Source of the DNA: Glycera tridactyla
Taxonomy: Eukaryota
Assembly: GCA_965644265.1 (NCBI GenBank)
Contig: OZ286476.1
Location: forward strand, 23,498,001 to 23,562,000
DNA length: 64,000 bases
Direction: 5' to 3'
In this document: one piece after another, positions 52,201 through 63,690 of the stretch
How the letters are laid out: each line of letters begins with the position of its first letter
Position numbering within the stretch: position 1 is the stretch's first letter
The notes under the pieces: generated by a model
Seen by the model: only the letters and a program-made list of their open reading frames with translations
What the model was told of the DNA's origin: nothing
Database searches by the model: none
Program-made: the position numbers and the translations under genes

Positions 52201-53749
52201 TGCACAACTAGAACAAGGATACATATCTGCTTCACATGATGAACACCTCCTGCCCATCACAAAACCTTCTTCACACTTCACCATCTGATCTTGGCAGGAC
52301 TCGATATCAAATGCAATATACATAAAAATATCATTCTTGCCTGCTCCAGCTAGACCTTTGGTTTTCAAAGATCTAACATAGCATTCGTGATGGCCAACAA
52401 AATATCTAATACATCGCCTAAGTCTAAGTGCAGGTTGAGCATCTCCAAGATGATGAACACATTGTATTCTTCTTCTTCCTCCCCCTCATTTTCAGGTGTT
52501 GTTCATAACAGTAGTTTGAACGACAAATCTTATTACAATCATCACACACAATACACTCGGATGAGGCGCTTGACAGACATTTCACCATCGAACATACACT
52601 GCATTTTTTACAACATCTATGATGCTCCTCACTCGCGGCTACCTGCTGATATGCATTGCAATGATAACCTTTACCAAATAACCCTTGTGAGTTTGTTACT
52701 GCATCGAAATGATACTCATCTGAGCTGAGCATCATATGAAACACATGAACGGGAGAATAGCCTTCATTCACTAACCTATCGTCTGGTTTCCGAAATAGTC
52801 CATTGTAACAAGTATTAGAAATTATGGTCACTGCTATTTTGAATGCATGCTCAATTTTCGGAATATCTTCAATCTTAAAATATTTATTTTCATCGAATCC
52901 ACTCATTCTCATCATCATCTTAGCACCCTGAGTCTGCTCATTCCTTTGTGAACTCTTCAAATCATTATACAGACTATCTGAAACCAAGTGGTTCTCCATA
53001 GCTATCTCAATGCGCTTTTTATCCTTTATATGGCTAAAACGTTCTAGCCATTCCTTATTCGTTATTCGACGATGAAATGCCCATGCAACCAAAATGGCTC
53101 TAACAAGACACATAGAATCATCATTATTTCTCTCTCCTTGCAAACGCAATAATGGAAATGCTGCACCACCCTGCTGTCTATTTATAATTTGAATTTGAAT
53201 CCTCAAACTATCATCTGCACAAATATCTCGCTTGGACTGTGACACAGCAGCAATCCTGTCCAGAATGACATCAGGTGACACCTCATGCATTTCCATCAAA
53301 GGGACCACCATAGGAGACTCTAGCCCATTTTGATATATCACCATTCTAAACAATGAATCAGGCTGAACTTCTTCTCTGAACAAATCAATTATGCCACTGA
53401 AAACCTGGCGAAGAGATGATGTTATATCTATCATCAGAGGAGCATTCTGTAATAGTGATGCATTCAATGCTACATCAAGCGTAACACTCATCCCCCAACG
53501 ATTCAAAAAATAGCGCACATCCCTCCGAACATTAGAATACAACGGCTGCACTCTCTGAATTCGCCCCAGTTCCTCGTCTGGGCCAACTTGTGGCGAGCCA
53601 GGCGGACTGTCGTCATCACCAAATCCAATCTGGGCATCCTGCAATACATCCAAACATGCATGACTTACATCAACTGCATGCCATCCATAACATGACATTT
53701 GCATTCGTCTTCCTTGTTGCCACTGGTAACGCATAATATCATCTGCCAT
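49251..53749 (-). pseudogene. pPolB: Protein-primed DNA polymerase B, disrupted
   Basis: ORF pieces of 441, 101, 667 and 248 aa with the same motifs as copy 1; motif C reads YSNTDS. Confidence 0.95.
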
Positions 53750-54320
53750 CTAGAGAGTACGATCATACAACAACGACAACTGCTAACACTGCCCTCTACC
53801 GCTTACAGCACATCTGATCATCTGTCGCCTACCAGATTCAGTCGAACCTATCTATAAAGACCGCCTTCGGTCTTATGGTCAAGTGGTCTTTACAGAGAGG
53901 TCATTTACTACTAAACCAATACCACTTACTTCTTCGTTGGCTGCAACCTCAGAATTACATGAATAAATACTTCTATCGTCATCATCACGAACCTCGGAGT
54001 TATCTGATGTAGCACAGACACAAACTCCATGATCACTAGTAGACGAGGGTTCCTCACGAGACACACTCACTTCCTAGAATAGAATATACCATCCGTACTA
54101 TGACAGACTAATGCAATCACCTCCTAATTAAACTCTCCACGTAATTCGTTTGTCTGCTGTCATCTATCATATCCATTCACTCAACCCTCACATTCATCCA
54201 GCAATCTGTCAATTGTCAACCCTGACTATCACTTAGCAAATGGTAGAAGCCTGCTAGTCTACAGTAGACCACATGCAACTACAACAATATTCAATCATTA
54301 TGCTGTATATATAAACTATC

Positions 54321-54785
54321 TCACCTCTGATTGTGGCTGTCAAAACGTACCCTTCTGTTTGTTTTTGATGACAAATCTTCATTGTCATCGTCATCATCAT
54401 CAGTTTCCTTGGGTCTTTGTGATAGGGATGCACTTCCCGGGACAGAATAATATCCTGTGAGACCATATACAAGTGACAGTACATGGTCCAATGCTAATGA
54501 AGGAATTTCCCCAAATGCGCGTTGAAAATTGACAGTACCCAACATTGACACTGCTTGCTCTCTAACATTCTGTGATGGGTCTTTCGGAAGCTCAGAATAA
54601 TCCATGCTTTGGACTATCTCATTGAGACCATCGATGAGTCGCCCCTGCACATATTCTTCTTGACATAGAGAACTGTATTCAGCAACCATCTGTTCTAGTT
54701 GTTGATCACTAACTCGACGTGCTAACTGACGAGACTTTGACATCCTAGTGGCATCATCCACAGCACGTTATAACGACATCGCCAT
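54321..54785 (-). pseudogene. ~155-aa orphan (early in-frame stop)
   Basis: Ortholog of 36283-36747. Confidence 0.65.
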
Positions 54786-54834
54786 CTCAAACCACCAATC
54801 CCTATCAGAAGACATACTAACTAAATATCATATA

Positions 54835-55010
54835 CAGTTAAACCTGCTATAAAGGTCACCTGTATCAATCAACCACCTGCCTTAAGTAACCACTTTTGAA
54901 AATCCCTCCAGGGTATTTCTCACTATAATTGACCTGTATTAGACAGCCACCTGTCTTAAGCAACCACTTTTCACTGTCCCTATGGTAGTTGCTGAATACA
55001 GGTTTGACTG
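54835..55010. mobile_element. TA-target MITE
   Basis: TA-CAGTTAAACC...GGTTTGACTG-TA. Confidence 0.85.
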
Positions 55011-55130
55011 TATCACACATATTATTTATCAAATAAATCAAATATCAATATGATCTACCAATATATATCTACACTCACATGTTCGATTTCTGACCATCTT
55101 CTTCAACACTCGTAGCAATATCATCTACAA

Positions 55131-56183
55131 TCACAAAAACACCCAATTACTTCCAGAAAACAACTGCCTTCTAACAAATGTTGTCATCATATCACGGAAC
55201 TTCCTAACATGTGTCCCATTGTCAAGCTTTGAGCACAATCTCATAGTGAACAAATGCACGTCTAACTGAGTGTCTTCTACGCTCAAGAAATCATCTAACA
55301 TCATTGATGACTGATGAATCATCAACTCTCTTACCGAACGGTACTCCCATAATACCTGTAACCCTCTTAAATGACTCTCATCTTCATTGAACAACCGACA
55401 TAAGTAATCATACTTCAGATCCTTGACTACTCTTAACAGAGATATGTCAAATGTGTCTAACACTTCTTGCATATGCATATAGTCATCTGCCTGTTCTTCC
55501 ATCATATCTCTCATTATCCTCATCAACTGAAACCACACTGTTTTCTTCATTACTCTTATATATTCAACAGACCGCTGACTGATCATCAGATAATATAATG
55601 ACCTGACATGCCTCCACTCAATACATCTATTCTCTTTTTGTAAATCTCTATATACCATAGAAACAGTACCTGCTCTAGATTCCGTACATTTCCTTTTAGT
55701 CTTAGGCTCATCATCATCATCTGTGTCTTCAAGATTTATCAGTGAGTTTACACTCACACCTCTTCTGTCTGATGACAAGTGACCACTTGTAGAAGGAGAT
55801 GGAGATATCCGTCTCTCCCGTCTTGCTATAGATGAACGTCTCCCCCTACTTGTTGATGGAGCTGCTGAAGGGTTGAAGACGCTCTGACCAACATTAGGAA
55901 CAGGCGCTAAGATTTGTTTACCTCTCATCATTGTTGTTGCTATAGCAGAGTCGCGTCGGGCAACCTGCAAAGATACTGGCATAACTCCCGCAGTGCTTAC
56001 TGATGGATGCCCATTCTGCCTCTCATCCACTGTAGAAATCTGTCCTGCATTATCTTCCACATGGCTAATTTGTAAAACGTGAACAAGACTGGCTCCCTTA
56101 TCTACCACAGAATCATCCCCCTGTTGTGTACCCTCGTCTCCAGACATAATCTCAAACACGTTCCGTGCATCTCGACTATCCAT
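55131..56183 (-). CDS. 350-aa orphan (ortholog of 37076-38128)
   Basis: Intact from MDSRDA (ATG 56183), same length. Confidence 0.8.
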   Translation of the reverse strand: MDSRDARNVFEIMSGDEGTQQGDDSVVDKGASLVHVLQISHVEDNAGQISTVDERQNGHPSVSTAGVMPVSLQVARRDSAIATTMMRGKQILAPVPNVGQSVFNPSAAPSTSRGRRSSIARRERRISPSPSTSGHLSSDRRGVSVNSLINLEDTDDDDEPKTKRKCTESRAGTVSMVYRDLQKENRCIEWRHVRSLYYLMISQRSVEYIRVMKKTVWFQLMRIMRDMMEEQADDYMHMQEVLDTFDISLLRVVKDLKYDYLCRLFNEDESHLRGLQVLWEYRSVRELMIHQSSMMLDDFLSVEDTQLDVHLFTMRLCSKLDNGTHVRKFRDMMTTFVRRQLFSGSNWVFL

Positions 56184-56385
56184 CTTGACAGTACTAATTG
56201 CCAATACTGATGATGATAGATAAGTCGATGTTATTCTCGTGTCACTCAATCGTGAATGCGAGCAATGCAAGCATTGCAGCCACTTCACCGACGTAATGTA
56301 AATACTCGATCCTCATATCCAGCGCAAACATTGTCAATTGAATCGCCTCTCATTACAAACTATAATTTTCAATTTCCGAATAATA

Positions 56386-56640
56386 TCAACTGCACCTAAA
56401 TGTTACATCCCTCATATTACATAATGATGAAGATGCACACATCCTCACATGTGATGACCTTAACACAAATCCAAGGAATCGTAATATAAATTCTTTCAGC
56501 TTCATTGGTGATGACCTCCATGAAATATATGTAGACATTTCATGAACAAATAAAGTACGGATTTTGCCATGATGACTTTCAGCGACCAAATTATCCAATA
56601 CCAAATCAATGTCATCATATTTTGACAAACTAGCCATCAC
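56386..56640 (-). CDS. Small hypothetical protein
   Basis: Ortholog of 38335-38586; overlaps the stop of the upstream ORF. Confidence 0.45.
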   Translation of the reverse strand: MMASLSKYDDIDLVLDNLVAESHHGKIRTLFVHEMSTYISWRSSPMKLKEFILRFLGFVLRSSHVRMCASSSLCNMRDVTFRCS

Positions 56641-57040
56641 GAATCCATTTAGAATAATTCATTTTCAACCATTTCGCCACTGCTCTAAATATGCGCAGAG
56701 AAACTGCACATACATACACCTTATTCGTAACCAATGATCCCTTGTATGCATTCAACAATAACTCAATTTTTTTCCTTTCAAATGCAAACATTCTCTTCAT
56801 GCGTCCTATATTACCATTCCTTTTACTACTTAATGCATATTGAATCCTTCGAGCAAAAGCAACGACCTCAAACTCATATTTATGCATATAATCCAACTCT
56901 GCATCAATACTATCAAATCCAGATTGAAGGCACCTATTACAGTGAAAACTAATTCCTGACTTCCGCTTGTATTTCTTCAAACATAGAAGACATTCGACTT
57001 TTTTCCTACATATCACCATCATGAACACATATCCCGTCAT
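56630..57040 (-). CDS. 136-aa orphan (ortholog of the C2HC zinc-finger-like gene)
   Basis: Ortholog of 38605-39021. Confidence 0.7.
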   Translation of the reverse strand: MTGYVFMMVICRKKVECLLCLKKYKRKSGISFHCNRCLQSGFDSIDAELDYMHKYEFEVVAFARRIQYALSSKRNGNIGRMKRMFAFERKKIELLLNAYKGSLVTNKVYVCAVSLRIFRAVAKWLKMNYSKWIRDG

Positions 57041-57452
57041 CCATCACATTCTGAACATCCACCTCTCCTCATATATATTCCTACCAAAACCACTGATACA
57101 AAACCACTGTCATGTTATTCTATCGATCCATGCAATCATGATATCCTGTAATCCTAAGTCAACATCGATCAACTTTACATTAGATTTTCTTACCCCCAAA
57201 ATCAACAAATCTTGCTACAATATTCATCCAATATTCACTTTATATAAACAACACTTCTTTTTGCAGTGATAGTACACACTGATTTATATTGATAAATCTC
57301 CTTCAATGTTGACAATATCAACAACATATTGCCCCTCTCGCAATCTACACTGACTTCATGCTTAAGACAAGTTTGACTGTAACTGACAATGTCTCCTCAA
57401 CAATACCAAACCTACCTGTCTACTTAAGCAAGCTGGGAATAAAAGCATAGCA

Positions 57453-58426
57453 AGCCCATTGATCCGGTTCAAATTTTTAAATACCTGGGCATTATCCTAG
57501 ACAAACACATGTCCTTCCATGATCACTGCGAATACATATCAAAGAAAGCTGCAAAGCGACTATATGCCTTGGCAAAGAGTAGAAAATATATGTCTGCAGA
57601 TACCAGCTTGCAATTGTACAAGTCCCTTATTGTACCAGTTTTCGACTACTGCGATACTGTATACTGCTGTATCTCGGAACAGGATGCTTCTCATCTTCAA
57701 GTCCTTCAGAACAAGGCGTGCAGAACTATTTTGTGCCGGAGTAGATTTACCCCATCCGCTGAAACACATCATGAATTGAACTTGCCTTTACTAAGAGATA
57801 GAAGAGAACTTCATCTTGGCGTTGCAATGTATAAAAATGTGCACAATATATCTCCACAGTATCTCTATGACCTGTTATCTTTCTCAAGCGAACATGGCAT
57901 GGGCACCAGAGGCTCAACCCAATTATACCTTGAACTTCCAAATTCCCGCACTCAAAAAGGCCAAAAAGCCTTCTCCTTCACTGGCCCTCATTTATGGAAT
58001 AGATTGCCCTCTGAAATAAGACAAATACCAGCAAATAGAAAAGGAGCTTTCAAGACCGCTTTCATAAAATGGCAAAACGAATGCAAAAATCAAAACTAGT
58101 AATTCTGCCATGTTTTAGTCTTGAGCAGGACCGGGCACTTTTGGATGGGTCTGGTCTATGATTTCTCCAATAAGATAGGGACCTTCTCCATGAAATGTAT
58201 ACCAGCTGTTGATATGAACAAGTAGTTTGTTATTTCATAGTAAGTATTCATCATACTAAGTTTTCGACGAGCCGAGAAACAACAACATTTTCTATTCATG
58301 TACCATGTGGTAATTACAGTTGCTCTATTCTATTTTTTCAGGGACGGGGGGAAGCATCATTGTTATAATGACCCAATGTCTGCCTGAACTTAAATAAAAG
58401 TTTGTCTATTGTCTATTGTCTATTGT
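57453..58426 (+). mobile_element. 5'-truncated CR1/L2-type LINE inserted in the 123-bp satellite
   Basis: ORF 57509-58099 is the post-RT C-terminus (LYKSLIVP.FDYC, LQNKACRTIL, FSFTGPHLWNRLP). 3' end AATAAA + (TTGTCTA)n; satellite sequence on both flanks. Confidence 0.9.
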
Positions 58427-58581
58427 CTAAGCACACTGACAGGAGGGAGAGGATGAAGAGGATGAAGCCTTGCTCAAATATACGCTTCACTTTATTGCCT
58501 CGATATATAATAACAACTACCTATGTAAATACAATGAATCTCTATGTCCACTGCTGCGGCGATCGGCACTAGTAGTACTAC

Positions 58582-58582
<1 letters not shown>

Positions 58583-58624
<42 letters not shown>

Positions 58625-58965
58625 TGTGTAGCTACACTGTCCTTCTTGCTTTGATCATCCAGACATGTTTTCACACCTTGCATGTGCCGAGGTGTTGTTC
58701 ACACATTCACCCAACAACTATAGCTACTCTGTCCTTCTTGCTTTGATCAGCTATCCATCCATAAGTCCCTCCATCCATCAACAACTGTAGCTTCTCTGTC
58801 TCCCCTGCTTTGTCCATCATATCATACGATAATAATAATAATAATAATAATAATCATGATAATCATGATAAAGATAATAATAATTCTATTATTATAATTA
58901 TTGTCATTATCATCACTATCATCGAGTGAGTGAGTGAATGAGTGAGTGAGTGAGGGAGGGAGTGA
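58583..58965. repeat. Microsatellites (TG)n, (ATA)n, (GAGT)n
   Basis: Direct reading. Confidence 0.95.
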
Positions 58966-60611
58966 GCAAGAGTAGTAATTGTAGCCGGATAACGGCATTC
59001 AGCACCCAGACAATGATCAGAGGCATACATCAATAATAAGACAAATAGATTCCCATACCTTTTCTTTACCAACGATAATAATCTGAATAAATCTATCATC
59101 ATCAAATAGTTCACAATCTTTGTGGACAATGTAATAATCCTTAAAAATGCAATTCCATCATAAGATAATCCGATGTAGCAAATATAATTTCAGCATCATC
59201 AAATCTTATCTATCAGAGCAGTTTTATTTCACAATCTCTGTGGAACTTCAATGACAAATATTCACCTCCAACAAGATATATAAACCTCATAATCACCGAT
59301 CAACTGCACAATCCTTAAAATGGCTTTTCAAGATTTAACAACTGGTCTTTTGATTCATCCGGATCATTTACCGGTGATGAATCAGAAGTTCTCAGAGATA
59401 TAATTTTTTCAAAGCAAGCTGCTTCTGATTATATACATTATTCAACAACTCACGATGATGAATAATCTACTGTACAATATATCAATCTATTAATGTTTTT
59501 CAAAAGATATAAACTTTCCGAGATTCAACCAATTCATGATGAAACACATGATATATCAATTTACCTACCATTTGAATATTTTTTTATTACTGAATTTTTC
59601 ATTAAATGTATATCAATTAAAGATTCTCATTTATTTGGATCCTTGATTCATGATATATATCAAAAAACTACCAAGGAAATGGCTATCATAATACTCATTT
59701 TAACAGAGGTATCGAAATGAAATTATACCAACGCTCCAGATTTCATTTTTTATTATGTCAAGTTCTTATTATATGAATTATCAGGTAAACCGTCTACAAA
59801 AACTGTACAGGATTTGACCTATGATTGTTCAATCCATTCAGATCCACCATGTGGCAATTTCACACTTCTATGTCAATATCCATTTTGGATTCCACCTTCC
59901 TCAGCAATTCATTGTATCGAAAGGACAAAATTCCATATACGTCCATCTTTCGTTATCTAATTTGGCACCTGCATGTCACCGGTCTTTGTTTATGATTCAT
60001 TTGTTGCCAAATCTATTAGAGATACTAAGTCATTTGCTCATTTTGGTCGCGTTCTAAGAGTACTCTTTATTAATTTACATGTGACATTAAAAAATCTTCT
60101 CAAGTTCTTCAAATTTGGCACTCTCCCGAATCCCGGGAAGAGTGGATTTGATTTCGGGAGAGTGAATTTCCAACTAACTCTCCCAATTTTTAGTTGATGT
60201 GAGATTGATAGATTTTCTGTGAAGACAGAACACCACAATTTTGATTACACCATCAATAATCCCTAGTCCCTGTGAGTAGGCTTTGCATTTGCCTTCACAT
60301 GTATGATTCTGAAGAACTAACCCCGGGAAAATATATATCAGTAGGACTTGTACAAATTCGTGAGAGTGAATTCATTTTCGGGAGAGTGATTCTCCAAATC
60401 TGCTCTCCCGATGGGAGAGTGGCTGAAAAGGTTTGTCGTGGAGACTGTCAGTTGTATACATGTTAGATGTTCTTACCTTTGGATTGTTGAGTAATGCCTA
60501 TGTCATTGAGGAATTTGCAGACACTGTACAACATTTGAGAGTCATGTCACTTTCACCTTATCCATCCTCCAACCCTGATGATGAGACAAAGTAAGTAATA
60601 TGTCTTAGAAA

Positions 60612-60800
60612 ATTCAAATTCAAATTCAAAAGAACTTTATTGACATCTTATCACTGGAATGACATCGATACTAATTACAATAAAGTATACTACATGACTT
60701 AACTATGGGCACAGAAAAACAGTTCATGAGTACATGAGCACAAAAATACAGGTCAAGGATGCAAAGTGGTCTATATACAGTCATTATAGAGTCATTGTTG
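60612..60800 (-). mobile_element. Probable LINE 3' tail fragment
   Basis: Minus strand AATAAAG followed by (TTTGAA)n. Confidence 0.4.
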
Positions 60801-61184
60801 GGCTCAGAGAGTTTGCTATCCACAATTGATAGATGCATACTCAGCCTGCTGCTATTACATAGATACAGTGATTGCATACATTATATCATTATATCATCAC
60901 TCATCAAAATTATCCATCGCATCACACTTGGTGATCTATCATTCATTGAAATAGATAATGCTGATGTAATCATTTCTATTTATATCCCATTTCTTGAATT
61001 ATGTTGTGAATTATGCAATAATACCTCGATATTTGAGTACATAAGAAGCAAATCTCAAAAGGTTTCGGTATTCCACTCTAGAGCACCTGATATTCATTCA
61101 TCATGAAACGTCGAGTAACGGAACTTCTTGAAGATACACCACGGAAATCAGTCAAATCCAAAAAGACTGATGATAGAGAGAGAG

Positions 61185-61369
61185 AAAATCAAATGAAATG
61201 TTAAGGTTTTAGGTCCATTTTCTGCACTTGAGTAGGCTAAATCAGACCACCTGCCAAGGAGGAGCGAAGATGAAGGGTGAAACATTCCTGCATGGTAGGA
61301 CCGGGGATTGAACCCCAGACCCATTGCACGCCAGCCCAGCATGCTACCACTGAGCCACCAAGGCAGGCC
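61185..61369 (-). mobile_element. tRNA-derived SINE
   Basis: A box TGGCTCAGTGG, B box GGTTCAATCC, CATTT-type tail, 12-bp TSD ATAGAGAGAGAG (61173-61184, 61370-61381). Confidence 0.9.
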
Positions 61370-61602
61370 ATAGAGAGAGAGTCAAACGTCCTATACATAA
61401 AACGTCTTTGGAAGATATCCCCTTCAGTCGGTGGTTGATCAATATCGTACAATTGGTTGCAGTCTTCATGTTGGTAAGTTATCCCACTTGCAAACGATCA
61501 ACTGAAATAATAGATAAATACATTCGTTTTATATCAATGTTTGATATCTGATGATCTTGATAAAAACGATGATTTTTTTCAGATGATGGTGGAGTTGCCA
61601 GA

Positions 61603-62079
61603 ATGACCATATCGGTTTCGAATGAGGCTGAAACCCTGATCATTTATGCTCCGAAATCCACCAATGTTTGCATTAACAGACATCAACCATGTAAGAATGG
61701 ACCCCTTCGAGTTAAACGTCACTCAATCAATATACGTCGATGGAAGGTTTTTTCTACACAGTTGGAAGATATTGTTGCTACAGCACAACAGCTTATGAAT
61801 GGAAATGAGACAGAACTGAAACTACATTTAGGTAATCATCAGTACGTATCCATGAGCAACGAATATCCAATATTGCAATTCCGTGAGTTTTATCGCAATC
61901 AAGAGGGAGAACTGCGTGCATCGAGTAGAGGTATACATCTCACATTCGAGGAACTACTCAAACTTCAAGCTCATCTCCAGGATTTTAACAAATTGATTAA
62001 GGGTTATGAGGACATTGAACTAAGTTTTGAACAACCAGAACATAAATATCTATCCTGTAGAGATTGCAACCCTAAGTAA
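61603..62079 (+). CDS. PC4-like ssDNA-binding protein of Polinton type with C-terminal CxxCNP
   Basis: LHLGNHQYVSM..LQFREFY..ASSRGIHLTFEEL..H..SCRDCNP. Confidence 0.8.
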   Translation: MTISVSNEAETLIIYAPKSTNVCINRHQPCKNGPLRVKRHSINIRRWKVFSTQLEDIVATAQQLMNGNETELKLHLGNHQYVSMSNEYPILQFREFYRNQEGELRASSRGIHLTFEELLKLQAHLQDFNKLIKGYEDIELSFEQPEHKYLSCRDCNPK

Positions 62080-63690
62080 AAGACTCACCTGCGTATCTAT
62101 TTTGATTGCTTTATCTGGGAATTGTTCTATTTTGATCTGTCTCCTTGGGATCAGTTTCTTTTAGCCCATTGTTGAAGCTAATTTCGGCAAATAACTTCTC
62201 TGGATCTCTATATAACTGATCCCTAATACTGGACATTTCCGGTGCGCTTGGAGATTTTGGGAGTATCAATGGTTTCTAATTCAAATCCATTTCACCAAAT
62301 TTGTTAATCAATTTGACTAAGCTGGTACCCGCCCCCCCCCCCACCCCCGTTTTCATCAATGGGAGAGATCTGCCATCACGTACCTCTTCCTGTATCCATC
62401 AACGGTGTTGAACATGCTCCCAAGGTCGATGACTCAGATGTGCCTGGAGATATATCAGGTGCAACCGGGAAAGAAACGCGAAGAGATAAAAGAGATAAGA
62501 GAGACAAAAGTTTCGATGTCAAAGGTTGATTTACCTTCCACATCATCAGAGTCCTGTCCAATCACATCTTCCACATCGTTAGAATCCTGTCCAATCACAT
62601 CATAAACGAAGGAATCTGGAGAGATCCAATCTTTAGAACTCGAATGAGCTATAGCTGAAAAACAAGAGAGTTCTTTATTATTATCTCCGATAGATATTAC
62701 TTAAATTCAGAAGAAAAATACTATGGAGAAACAAAGATATCTGCCATCACGTACCTCTTCCTGTATCCATCAACGGTGTTGAACATGCTCCCAAGGTCGA
62801 TGCCTTAGATGTGCCTGGAGATATATCAGGTGCAACCGGGAGAGAAATCAATTCAGTCTCACGGTACCCTGAAAGTAAATATGGTTATTGATCTATAAAC
62901 CAATAATGTCTGGTTGATGTGTAAACATTATATATTTAGATATGTTTATCATGATTTATTATCGGGCATTGATGTGTATACAGTATATATTTAGATATGT
63001 TTATCATGATTTATTATTGGGCATTATTTATTATTGATTGATGTGTATACAATGTATATTTATCATGATTTATTACAGTGCAATATGAACTATGTATATG
63101 AATTGATTTATTATAGTGCAATATGAACTATGTATTATCAAGGTTAAATGGAATTTAATAACATGTTGAACTATTATATCAACGCTTCATTATATCACTT
63201 GATTGTATTACTAACCTTCACATTTTGTGGATCATCGATATTATCAATGGTTGTATCAAGGTTGAAATGATAATTGATGTTTGCCATCTCAACACCTGTG
63301 ATTGCATTCCGTCCTGTGAATAAAGTTGAATGAAGTGAATATCTACTTGTTGTTTTGATTTCAATAAATACATATGTCATAATGGAGAGAAATCAATTGT
63401 TTTTATTTAGATTAGAATATCATATATCATTCTAATTTAAATCAGATTGATATACATGTATATTGATACTCTTTGCGGGTGGATAATACTGGTAGGTAGT
63501 CAAACTCAGACTACATAAAGTAGGACTCAAGAAATATTAGAAATTAGATAAAATAGACTTATATAAATTATTACTCAGAAAAAAATAGACTCACCTAATG
63601 AATCAGAAATATCATATTTATAAAATTCATAAGAAGTAGATGATAATCATATTCCATTGAAAATTTTCTTTACAAGGAAAGCATATAAGC

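Larger units (their letters stand above)
48953..58582 (-). mobile_element. TIR-bounded Polinton-like pPolB element, copy 2 (no integrase/capsid/ATPase/protease)
   Basis: 115-bp TIRs 48953-49067 and 58468-58582 (7 mismatches), AGTAGT...ACTACT termini; no TSD found. Confidence 0.9.
61100..63657 (-). other. Possible spliced minus-strand gene remnant
   Basis: Donor-like sites after 63595, 62755 and 62089; acceptor-like sites before 62868, 62654 and 61501; reading frame not cleanly open. Confidence 0.3.

Noticed and set aside
55131-56288. 385-aa version of the orphan ORF
   Set aside because: The extra 35 codons are absent in copy 1; the shared start is MDSRDA at 56183.
48940-58595. 6-bp TSD around the TIR-bounded element
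   Set aside because: Flanks CACCCT and TGTGTG do not match; integrase-mediated insertion at this site cannot be shown.
58863-59720. ORFs 58863-59129 and 59493-59720
   Set aside because: Partly microsatellite-derived, no recognisable motif, strand ambiguous.
59800-60550. Possible non-autonomous DNA transposon with GGGAGAG/CTCTCCC motifs
   Set aside because: Could not find matching termini or a TSD.
61290-61369. Functional tRNA gene
   Set aside because: The tRNA-like head is followed by an unrelated body, simple-repeat tail and 12-bp TSD, so it is a SINE.
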